DNA from: Flavobacteriaceae bacterium
GTDB lineage: Bacteria; Bacteroidota; Bacteroidia; Flavobacteriales; Flavobacteriaceae
Assembly: GCA_012959395.1 (NCBI GenBank)
Contig: DUDG01000029.1
Location: forward strand, 10,536-74,535
DNA length: 64,000 nt
Direction: 5' to 3'
Shown here: one piece after another, positions 56,484-64,000 of the stretch
How positions within the stretch are numbered: the stretch's first letter is position 1
Layout: the number at the start of each line of letters is the position of its first letter
Notes under the pieces: generated by a model
Seen by the model: only the letters and a program-made list of their open reading frames with translations
Database searches by the model: none
Told to the model about the DNA's origin: nothing
Program-made: the position numbers and the translations under genes

Positions 56484-57658
56484 TGAAATCAATTTTTGAA
56501 AAAATACAAGGAGATAAAATAATATGGACAATAGTTTCATTATTAGCCTTGTTTTCATTTTTGCCAGTTTACAGTGCTAGCTCAAATTTCGGAAACGATC
56601 TTATTTTTTCCAATATGATTAAGCATATTGCTATTGTATTTATTGGTATGCTGATAATGTACGGTACACATTTGATTCCATATAGATATTTTAAAGGGTT
56701 GTCGATTATATGTTTACCCATTATCATTTTACTTTTATTATTTACAGCTTTACAAGGAAATGTTATAGAAGGGGCTAATGCTAGTAGATGGGTAAAACTG
56801 CCAGTTGTTGGATTATCTTTTCAGCCTTCATCAATGGCAATAGTAATCCTTATGGTTTATACATCTTTCTATTTGTCTAAAAATTATAATAAAAAAATAA
56901 GTTTTAATCAATCAATTTTGCCACTATGGACACCTATTTTATTAGTTCTTATTTTGATTCTTCCATCTAATTTTTCAACGGCAGCAATGATTTTTATGAT
57001 GATTTTAACTTTAATTTTTATAGGAAGATATCCTTTGAAATATTTGTTAGGAATTATTTTTTCTGGACTATTCTTATTATCAATATTTGTTTTATTAGCT
57101 AAAAGCTATCCTGATTTGATGCCTAATAGAATTGATACTTGGGTTAATAGAATAGATAATTTTATAGGAGAAGAAAGCATTGAATCAAATTATCAAATAA
57201 TTAGAGCGAAATCAGCTATTGCAACTGGCTCTATTTTTGGAGTTGGTGCTGGAAAAAGTGCAATGAAAAATTTATTACCACAAAGTACTTCTGATTTTAT
57301 TTATGCAATAATTACTGAAGAATATGGGACAATTGGAGCTATATCAATTTTATTATTATATACATTACTTCTTTTTAGGATAATTATTGTTTCCTATAAA
57401 TCTCAAACAGTTTTTGGGCAGTTATTAGCATTAGGAGTAGGGTTGCCAATTATTTTTCAAGCTTTTATTAATATGGGAGTTGCCGTTCAGCTTTTTCCTG
57501 TAACAGGACAGCCATTACCATTAATTAGTACTGGCGGAACTTCAATATGGATGACTTTTTTAGCTCTTGGAATTGTATTAAGTGTGAGTGTAAATAAAAT
57601 AGACGAAGAAACAGTTGATTATAATAACCCTTTAAATGTTTTAAGTGAAGCAGAATAA
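56483..57658 (+). CDS. ftsW: FtsW/RodA (SEDS) family peptidoglycan glycosyltransferase
   Basis: Ten-TM SEDS layout. SDFIYAIITEEYG and PLPLISTGGTS motifs. Confidence 0.9.
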   Translation: MKSIFEKIQGDKIIWTIVSLLALFSFLPVYSASSNFGNDLIFSNMIKHIAIVFIGMLIMYGTHLIPYRYFKGLSIICLPIIILLLLFTALQGNVIEGANASRWVKLPVVGLSFQPSSMAIVILMVYTSFYLSKNYNKKISFNQSILPLWTPILLVLILILPSNFSTAAMIFMMILTLIFIGRYPLKYLLGIIFSGLFLLSIFVLLAKSYPDLMPNRIDTWVNRIDNFIGEESIESNYQIIRAKSAIATGSIFGVGAGKSAMKNLLPQSTSDFIYAIITEEYGTIGAISILLLYTLLLFRIIIVSYKSQTVFGQLLALGVGLPIIFQAFINMGVAVQLFPVTGQPLPLISTGGTSIWMTFLALGIVLSVSVNKIDEETVDYNNPLNVLSEAE

Positions 57659-58739
57659 GTTTTTAATATCTGGTGGTGGTACTGGTGGACATATTTTTCC
57701 TGCAATTTCTATTGCTGATGAGTTATGTAATAAATTTCCTTCATCAGAAATTTTATTTGTTGGATCTAGTCATAGAATGGAAATGCAAAAAATCCCTGAA
57801 AATGGGTATAAAATAATAGGACTTTGGATTAGTGGAATAAAAAGAAAATTACATTTATCAAATCTTTTAATACCAATTAAAATTCTATTTAGCTTAATTA
57901 AATCATACTTGATTATTAATAAATTCAAACCTGATTTTGTAATTGGAACTGGAGGATTTGCAAGTGGACCTTTATTATTTGTAGCTTCAAAATTAAATAT
58001 TCCTACTCTCATTCAAGAGCAAAATTCATACGCTGGTTTAACTAATAAGATATTATCGAAATCAGTTGACACTATATGTGTTGCTTATTCAAATATGGAT
58101 CAATACTTTCCAAAAAATAAAATTGTTTTTACAGGAAATCCAGTTAGAAAAGAAATTAATAGCCATTCAAATTTTAAAAATGAATCTTTAAATTTTTTTA
58201 AAATGAATAGTAATAATAAAGTTTTATTAGTTCTTGGCGGAAGTTTAGGAGCTCAAAAAATTAATCAGTTTATTTCAGAAAAAATTGATCTATTTAAGAA
58301 ATTAAAAATTCAAATTATTTGGCAATGTGGGAAAATATATTACAATCGATATAAAATTTATAATTCTGATTTCACTTGTGTTTTACCATTTATTAAAGAT
58401 ATGAACTTAGCATATTGTGCAGCTGATATTATTGTTTCAAGGGCTGGTGCTAGTGTAATTTCTGAATTATGTATTGTTGGTAAACCGGTAATTTTCATTC
58501 CATCCCCTAAATTGGCTGAAGATCACCAAACTAAAAATGCTTTAAATATTGTAAAAAATAATGCAGCAGAAATGATAAAAGAAAAGAATTTAAACAAAGA
58601 ATTTTTTAGCGTTTTAAAAAATTTAATTACAAATGATGAACATGCTATTAAATTATCTAATTCCATAAAATTATTAGAAAAACCTAATGCAACAAAAGAT
58701 ATAGTTAATCATATTGATAAATTATTAAGTAATGTTTAA
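57645..58739 (+). CDS. murG: undecaprenyldiphospho-muramoylpentapeptide beta-N-acetylglucosaminyltransferase (GTG start)
   Basis: ISGGGTGGHIFPA motif and a GT28 C-terminal domain (GGSLGA, SRAGAS). Confidence 0.9.
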   Translation: MKQNKFLISGGGTGGHIFPAISIADELCNKFPSSEILFVGSSHRMEMQKIPENGYKIIGLWISGIKRKLHLSNLLIPIKILFSLIKSYLIINKFKPDFVIGTGGFASGPLLFVASKLNIPTLIQEQNSYAGLTNKILSKSVDTICVAYSNMDQYFPKNKIVFTGNPVRKEINSHSNFKNESLNFFKMNSNNKVLLVLGGSLGAQKINQFISEKIDLFKKLKIQIIWQCGKIYYNRYKIYNSDFTCVLPFIKDMNLAYCAADIIVSRAGASVISELCIVGKPVIFIPSPKLAEDHQTKNALNIVKNNAAEMIKEKNLNKEFFSVLKNLITNDEHAIKLSNSIKLLEKPNATKDIVNHIDKLLSNV

Positions 58740-60072
58740 AAATTATAATAAAATATATTTTATTGGAATTGGAGGTATAGGTATGTCTTCAATTGCTTTG
58801 TATTTTATTAATTATGGTAAACAAGTAGCAGGTTATGATAAAACTAAAAATGCTTTAACAAAAAAACTTTCAGAATTAGGCGCGCAAATTCATTACGAAT
58901 CTAAAACATCAGATATTCCTAGAGAGTTTTTAAACAATTTAGAAACATTAATAATTTATACTCCGGCTATTTCTAAAGATAATATGGAATTGAGTTACTT
59001 TTTTAATAATAATTTCACTGTTCTTAAAAGGTCAGAAGTGTTGGGGGAAATTTCAAAAGATAAGTTTTGTATAGCTATAGCTGGAACACATGGAAAGACT
59101 ACGACTTCAACTATTTTATCACACATATTATTTGAAAACAATATAAATTTTACATCATTTATTGGAGGTATTTCAGAAAATTATCAGAGTAATTTAATTC
59201 AAAATGGTAATGATATTATTTTGGTTGAAGCTGATGAGTTTGATCGATCCTTTTTAACATTAAATCCGAATATTGCATGTATAACTTCAGTTGATCCAGA
59301 TCATTTAGATATATATAATTCTAACTCTGAATTACAAAAATCTTTCATAGAATTTGCAAGCAAATTGAAATCAAATGGTGTATTGTTTAAACATTATGAT
59401 ATACCAATTAAGGGAGTTAGTTATGGTTTTAGTAAAGATGCAGATTACTCAATAAAAAATTATTATAATAGTAAAGATTCTTCTTTTTTTGAAATTATTT
59501 ATCAAAAAGAAAAAAGTATTAAAGTAAAGTTTATTATGCCTGGAAAACATAATGCCTGTAATGCATTAGTAGCTTTTGCTATAGGTAGATTTTTGAAAAT
59601 AAAAGAAATAGATATAACAAAGTCTTTAAGCACTTTTAAAGGTGTTAAGAGAAGGTTTAGTTATATTTTAAAAACTCCAAAAATATTGATTGATGATTAC
59701 GCACATCATCCTAGTGAAATTAAAGCAGTTTATGAATCACTAGAATCTTTATACCCTGATAAAAATATAATGGCAATTTTTCAACCACATTTATTTTCAA
59801 GAACAAGGGATTTTATAGATCAATTTGCTCAAATTTTATCAAAATTTGATGAAGTAGTTTTATTAGAAATTTATCCTGCAAGAGAAGAGGCAATTAAGGG
59901 GATTAATTCTAGCGAACTTTTGAAAAGAATCAAAAATATTAATAAAAATTTAGTTAATAAATCAGAATTATCAAGTCATATAAAAAACTCTGAATCTGAT
60001 GTTTTTGTTGTAATGGGAGCAGGCGATATTTCTGAAGAAATACCTTTAATTAAAGATGTAATTCTAAGTTAA
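58732..60072 (+). CDS. murC: UDP-N-acetylmuramate--L-alanine ligase
   Basis: FIGIGGIGMSSIA and IAGTHGKTTT motifs. Confidence 0.9.
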   Translation: MFKNYNKIYFIGIGGIGMSSIALYFINYGKQVAGYDKTKNALTKKLSELGAQIHYESKTSDIPREFLNNLETLIIYTPAISKDNMELSYFFNNNFTVLKRSEVLGEISKDKFCIAIAGTHGKTTTSTILSHILFENNINFTSFIGGISENYQSNLIQNGNDIILVEADEFDRSFLTLNPNIACITSVDPDHLDIYNSNSELQKSFIEFASKLKSNGVLFKHYDIPIKGVSYGFSKDADYSIKNYYNSKDSSFFEIIYQKEKSIKVKFIMPGKHNACNALVAFAIGRFLKIKEIDITKSLSTFKGVKRRFSYILKTPKILIDDYAHHPSEIKAVYESLESLYPDKNIMAIFQPHLFSRTRDFIDQFAQILSKFDEVVLLEIYPAREEAIKGINSSELLKRIKNINKNLVNKSELSSHIKNSESDVFVVMGAGDISEEIPLIKDVILS

Positions 60073-60074
60073 AA

Positions 60075-60782
60075 ATGAGAAATAATTTATTTAAAATATT
60101 GATTATTATGTTATTAGTAGGGTTTTTAACTGCTTTTAGTTTTGTTAAAAACGAGAATAGAAATATTGATTTTGAAAATATAAATTTTATTGATTCTGAC
60201 CTTAAATTTATCTCATTAGACTCGGTTAATAAATTGTTAAAACAAAGTGACTTATTATCAAATAAATTTTTGAAAAGTGATTTAAATTTGAAAGAAATTG
60301 AACAAAAAATTTTAGATAATACATTTATACATTCTGTTGAGGTTTCATTAGGTTTAGATGGTCAATTAGGAATTATTATAAAAGAAAAAAATCCTGTGTT
60401 TAGAGTTTTAAATGACAACTATTATATTGATTCAGATGGAAATAAAATGTCTTTATCTAATCTTTTTTCAGAACGTATTCCGTTGTTATTGAATAAAGTA
60501 GATTCTTCCTATTTCAACAAATTAGGTTTGCTTGGTGAGTACATTAAAAATGATATGTTTTTAAGTAAACATATTATTGCTCTTACTCAATTTGAGGAAG
60601 ATCTTAATTTTTATGTAAATGGCTATTCTTATGTCTTAAAAATTGAAAAATTTGATAATTACAAAACAAAATTGAAAAATTATGAGAATTTCTTTAGATC
60701 TGTTTACAATGAAGGATTATTAGATAGTTTAAGTTCAATTAATTTGAATTTTAAAAATCAGGTAATTGTACAAAAAAAATAA
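60075..60782 (+). CDS. ftsQ: cell division protein FtsQ
   Basis: Single N-terminal TM followed by a POTRA-like region. Sits between murC and ftsA. Confidence 0.7.
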   Translation: MRNNLFKILIIMLLVGFLTAFSFVKNENRNIDFENINFIDSDLKFISLDSVNKLLKQSDLLSNKFLKSDLNLKEIEQKILDNTFIHSVEVSLGLDGQLGIIIKEKNPVFRVLNDNYYIDSDGNKMSLSNLFSERIPLLLNKVDSSYFNKLGLLGEYIKNDMFLSKHIIALTQFEEDLNFYVNGYSYVLKIEKFDNYKTKLKNYENFFRSVYNEGLLDSLSSINLNFKNQVIVQKK

Positions 60783-60783
60783 A

Positions 60784-62088
60784 ATGGAATTAAAAAATTT
60801 ATTTGTTGGCTTAGATATTGGAACTACAAAAATTGTAGCATTAATTGGCTCTTTAAATGAGTATAATAAATTAAAAATTATAGGGATTGGCAAGTCTAAA
60901 AGTTTGGGCGTTCACAGAGGAGTTGTAAATAACATTACACAGACTATCCAATCTATTCAAACTGCAGTTAATGAGGCTGAATTAAATTCTTCTGAGAAAA
61001 TAGAAAAGGTTATAGTTGGTATTGCAGGTCAGCATATAAGAAGTTTACAACATAGCGACTATATAACTAGAGTTAATTCTGATCAAGTTATTGATGAAGA
61101 TGATTTAGAAAGACTAATTAATCAAGTTTATAAATTAGTTATGCTTCCTGGAGAAGAAATTATACATGTTCTCCCTCAAGAATATAAGGTTGATGGACAG
61201 GGTGAGATAAAAGAGCCAATTGGAATGTTCGGAGGGAGATTAGAAGCTCATTTTCATGTTGTTGTTGGTCAAGTTTCTTCTATTAAAAATATTGCAAGAT
61301 GTATTAAGAGTGCAGGTATTGATTTCGAAGGAATTACTTTAGAGCCAATAGCTTCTGCTGATGCTGTTTTGAACCAGGAAGAAAAAGAAGCAGGTGTTGC
61401 GTTAATAGATATTGGTGGAGGAACTACAGATTTAGCAATTTTTAAAGATGGTATTATTAGACATACTTCGGTCATTCCTTTTGGAGGGAATATTATTACA
61501 GATGATATTAAAGAAGGATGTTCCATAATTGAAAAACAAGCTGAGCTATTAAAAATTAAATTCGGATCAGCTTGGCCAGGTGCAAATAAAGATAATGAGA
61601 TTGTTTCAATTCCAGGATTAAGAGGAAGGGAACCAAAAGAAATAACGCTTAAAAACTTATCTAAAATAATTCATGCTAGAGTAGTAGAAATTATTGAACA
61701 GGTTTATATAGAAATTAAAAATTATGGTCATGAAGATCAAAAAAAGAAACTCATAGCAGGTATAGTTTTAACTGGTGGAGGAAGTCAATTAAACCATCTT
61801 AAGCAGTTAGTGGAATATATCACAGGGATGGATACTAGATTAGGATACCCTAGTGAACATTTAGCAGGTAATAATTCTATTGAAATATCAAGCCCAATGT
61901 ATGCTACAGCTGTAGGATTGGTTATGAATTCAACCAAAGTAAGTAAGAAAAAAGAATCTTTAGAAGAAGATCCTTTTGAAAATAAGGATTTAGAAAATAC
62001 TCAAGATCATTCAGCAAAAACTGAAAGACTTACGATTTTTGAAAAATTCACTGAGTCAATAAAAAACTTTTTAGATAACGCAGAATAA
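60784..62088 (+). CDS. ftsA: cell division protein FtsA
   Basis: Actin-fold motifs VGLDIGTTKIVAL, IDIGGGTTDLAIF and LTGGGSQL. ATG at 60784 preferred to the listed 60766, which overlaps ftsQ. Confidence 0.92.
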   Translation: MELKNLFVGLDIGTTKIVALIGSLNEYNKLKIIGIGKSKSLGVHRGVVNNITQTIQSIQTAVNEAELNSSEKIEKVIVGIAGQHIRSLQHSDYITRVNSDQVIDEDDLERLINQVYKLVMLPGEEIIHVLPQEYKVDGQGEIKEPIGMFGGRLEAHFHVVVGQVSSIKNIARCIKSAGIDFEGITLEPIASADAVLNQEEKEAGVALIDIGGGTTDLAIFKDGIIRHTSVIPFGGNIITDDIKEGCSIIEKQAELLKIKFGSAWPGANKDNEIVSIPGLRGREPKEITLKNLSKIIHARVVEIIEQVYIEIKNYGHEDQKKKLIAGIVLTGGGSQLNHLKQLVEYITGMDTRLGYPSEHLAGNNSIEISSPMYATAVGLVMNSTKVSKKKESLEEDPFENKDLENTQDHSAKTERLTIFEKFTESIKNFLDNAE

Positions 62089-62098
62089 AAAAATAATT

Positions 62099-63967
62099 AT
62101 GCAATTAAATCCAGAAATTAACAATCTACCTTTTGATTTACCAAAAAATCAAAGTAATGTAATTAAAGTAATTGGTGTAGGTGGAGGTGGTAGCAATGCC
62201 ATCAATTATATGCATTCAAAGGGAATTAAAGGAGTAGATTTTGTAGTTTGTAATACAGATTCTCAAGCTTTGGAGAATAGCTCTGTAGAAAATAAAATTC
62301 AACTTGGAATTACTTTAACTGAAGGGTTAGGTGCTGGTGCTAATCCAGATATTGGAGAACAAGCTGCTGTTGAAAGTTTCGATGATTTAAGAAAAATGTT
62401 AGAAACTAATACTAAAATGGTTTTTATAACAGCTGGAATGGGTGGAGGAACAGGAACAGGTGCAGCTCCAGTAATTTCAAAACTTGCTAAAGAAATGGAT
62501 ATTCTTACTGTAGGAATTGTAACAATGCCTTTTCATTTTGAAGGCGAAATAAGATCAAATCAAGCAAAGAAAGGAATTGATAAATTGAGAAAACAAGTAG
62601 ATGCCCTTATTGTTATAAATAATAACAAATTAAGAGATATATATGGAAATTTAGGTTTTAAAGAAGGATTTGCAAAAGCTGATGAAGTATTAGCGACAGC
62701 ATCAAGAGGAATAGCTGAAGTAATTACCCATCATTATACTCAAAACATTGATTTAAAAGATGCTAAAACAGTGTTGTCGAATAGTGGAAATGCAATAATG
62801 GGCTCTGCAATTGCAGCTGGATCTAAAAGATCAATAGAAGCTATTTCTTCTGCATTAGACTCTCCTTTGCTAAATGATAATAGAATAACTGGGGCAAAGA
62901 ATGTTTTACTTTTAATTGTTTCTGGAAAAGAGGAAATTACTATTGATGAAATAGGATTAATTAATGATTATATACAGGAAAGAGCAGGTCATGGAGCTAA
63001 TATCATAATGGGAATAGGAGAAGATTCACACCTTGAAAGTTCAATTTCTGTTACTGTAATTGCTACAGGATTTGACCCTAATCAACAAGAAGAAATTATT
63101 CATGCTGATCCTAAAAAAATAATTCATACTTTGGATGGCAGCAGTGAAGTTGTTCAAAATTTTGAAGATCATAAGCGAAGTAAAAAAACATCCCTTCAAT
63201 TTGATTTTGCTTCTGAAAATATAGATTTTAAAAATACTAGTTCTACGGAAAATTCAATAAACATAAATTCAGAATTAATTGATTTTGACAAGGAAGATTA
63301 TGATAATTCTAGTGTTATAAATAATATTGAGGTTTCTTATGATGAAGTAAGTTTTGATTTAGAAATTGATGAGAAAGAAATAGAAATAGATGATATATCC
63401 ATTAAAGTTAATGATTTGGAAGTTGTAGCTCCAGAGTTTGTTGATCCGATGGATCAAGTTTCATTAGATTTTGATATGCCTTTAAACAATAAGAAGAATG
63501 ATTTTTCAGATAAAATAATTCATGAACTTATTGAGGACGTGAATGAAATTGAAGTAAATGATCCTATTCATATAATTCCTGTGACACAAATTAATGAGTC
63601 TGGAACCAACAAATCTGGGTTTGATGATTATCAAAAAACTTCAAAACCTTCAAAACCTTCAAAACCTTCAAATAATAGTTTAGAAAATGAGAAGGAAAGA
63701 GTTGTTAATCCTATGAATAGCTCAATTGCTGAAGGTCTTTCAAAAAGAACTGAAGAAAGAAAAATTAAACTAAAAGAGTATAATTACAATTTTTCAAAAG
63801 CTAATAATATTCATAATATGGAAACTGAACCTGCTTTTAAAAGAGCTGGCATAAGTTTTGATGATATTGAATCTGTTAAAAATTCAAGAATAAGTGTTAG
63901 CAAAGATTCAAATGGAGAAACTAACCTAAGAACTAATAATTCATTTTTACATGATAATGTAGATTAA
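62099..63967 (+). CDS. ftsZ: cell division GTPase FtsZ with a ~300-aa C-terminal linker
   Basis: VIGVGGGGSNA and tubulin signature GMGGGTGTGAAPV. The globular domain ends near residue ~325. An acidic low-complexity linker follows, then a conserved-looking ETEPAFKRAG peptide near the C-terminus. Confidence 0.95.
   Translation: MQLNPEINNLPFDLPKNQSNVIKVIGVGGGGSNAINYMHSKGIKGVDFVVCNTDSQALENSSVENKIQLGITLTEGLGAGANPDIGEQAAVESFDDLRKMLETNTKMVFITAGMGGGTGTGAAPVISKLAKEMDILTVGIVTMPFHFEGEIRSNQAKKGIDKLRKQVDALIVINNNKLRDIYGNLGFKEGFAKADEVLATASRGIAEVITHHYTQNIDLKDAKTVLSNSGNAIMGSAIAAGSKRSIEAISSALDSPLLNDNRITGAKNVLLLIVSGKEEITIDEIGLINDYIQERAGHGANIIMGIGEDSHLESSISVTVIATGFDPNQQEEIIHADPKKIIHTLDGSSEVVQNFEDHKRSKKTSLQFDFASENIDFKNTSSTENSININSELIDFDKEDYDNSSVINNIEVSYDEVSFDLEIDEKEIEIDDISIKVNDLEVVAPEFVDPMDQVSLDFDMPLNNKKNDFSDKIIHELIEDVNEIEVNDPIHIIPVTQINESGTNKSGFDDYQKTSKPSKPSKPSNNSLENEKERVVNPMNSSIAEGLSKRTEERKIKLKEYNYNFSKANNIHNMETEPAFKRAGISFDDIESVKNSRISVSKDSNGETNLRTNNSFLHDNVD
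63641..63673 (+). repeat. 9-bp tandem repeat (TCAAAACCT x3 plus a partial copy) inside the ftsZ linker
   Basis: Three perfect copies at 63641-63667 with degenerate copies on both sides. Encodes SKPSKPSKPS. Confidence 0.85.
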
Positions 63968-64000
63968 TTTAAAAAATAATGTATGGGATTAATTGATAAA

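Noticed and set aside
1352-61526. About 30 short ORFs (60-167 aa) in the supplied track lie antisense to, or out of frame within, well-supported genes. They are 1352-1609, 5647-5859, 7589-7774, 9017-9202, 12695-12907, 13954-14163, 15824-16225, 19731-19979, 20503-20712, 21670-21978, 23297-23479, 23594-23791, 34374-34643, 35549-36052, 41561-41794, 44469-44663, 45771-45974, 48079-48276, 49153-49380, 49552-49761, 50877-51206, 52766-52975, 54507-54704, 55307-55603, 56163-56369, 57770-58012 and 61269-61526.
   Set aside because: Each is fully embedded in a longer ORF with clear family motifs. Their translations are low-complexity (Ile/Leu/Phe/Ser/Lys-rich), as expected for stop-poor shadow frames of an AT-rich genome. 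None has a recognisable motif.
48845-63967. Absence of murF, ddl and murB from the dcw cluster, considered as gene loss or rearrangement.
   Set aside because: The order mraZ-rsmH-ftsL-ftsI-murE-mraY-murD-ftsW-murG-murC-ftsQ-ftsA-ftsZ without those genes is, to my knowledge, the normal Bacteroidota arrangement. The missing genes are expected elsewhere in the genome.
1-64000. Search by eye for CRISPR arrays, tRNA/rRNA genes, IS elements, integrases, toxin-antitoxin pairs or known defence-system genes.
   Set aside because: Intergenic regions are short. Only three exceed 150 nt, and all three are explained as regulatory leaders. No spaced direct repeats, no cloverleaf-capable GC-rich segments and no transposase-, recombinase- or nuclease-NTPase-type ORFs were seen. 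A covariance-model scan (tRNAscan-SE/Infernal) would still be needed to exclude small RNAs formally.

Overview
This is a visibly AT-rich, almost fully coding chromosomal segment from a member of the Bacteroidota, class Flavobacteriia. The lineage call rests on gldB-gldC gliding genes, a T9SS C-terminal sorting domain, a GLPGLI-family protein, a Bacteroidetes-type dcw cluster and TAnnTTTG-like -7 boxes. I support about 58 protein genes, all called from motifs read in the supplied translations because no database search was possible.

Gene content, left to right:
- leuS (5'-truncated), a SemiSWEET-like protein and an Lrp/AsnC regulator.
- An LPS block: lpxB, surE, a secreted protein and waaA.
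- degT-like aminotransferase, fabD and a 2TM-DHFR fusion.
- A three-gene insert (class V aminotransferase, lipoprotein, 1413-aa T9SS cargo) that separates folA from thyA.
- nupC, a bifunctional nuclease, etfBA, pdhB, a membrane pyrophosphatase and a deoxynucleoside kinase.
- A GLPGLI / outer-membrane barrel cluster.
- metY-metX.
- A tightly packed aromatic amino acid operon (pheA, aminotransferase, tyrA, DAHP synthase-chorismate mutase, rsgA, dtd, mazG, aroA).
- queA, rlmN, ispB, dnaG, nadE, gldB, gldC, engB and a hydrolase.
- A complete dcw cluster from mraZ to ftsZ.

No rRNA, tRNA, CRISPR array, IS element, integrase or recognisable defence system was seen.

The most interesting signals lie in the few long intergenic regions and in odd gene structures:
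1. A 25-codon Phe/Tyr-rich leader ORF (FYFFFYF) with a mutually exclusive antiterminator and intrinsic terminator immediately upstream of pheA.
2. A SAM-II-like pseudoknot element upstream of metY.
3. Three 10-bp GTGGTAAAA(A/T) direct repeats abutting a -7 box upstream of mraZ.
4. A 26-bp perfect palindrome in the etfB/pdhB divergent region.
5. DHFR fused in frame to a 2TM membrane domain.
6. An unlisted 57-codon glycine-zipper ORF after the pyrophosphatase gene.
7. A DnaG whose zinc-ribbon ligands are all replaced.
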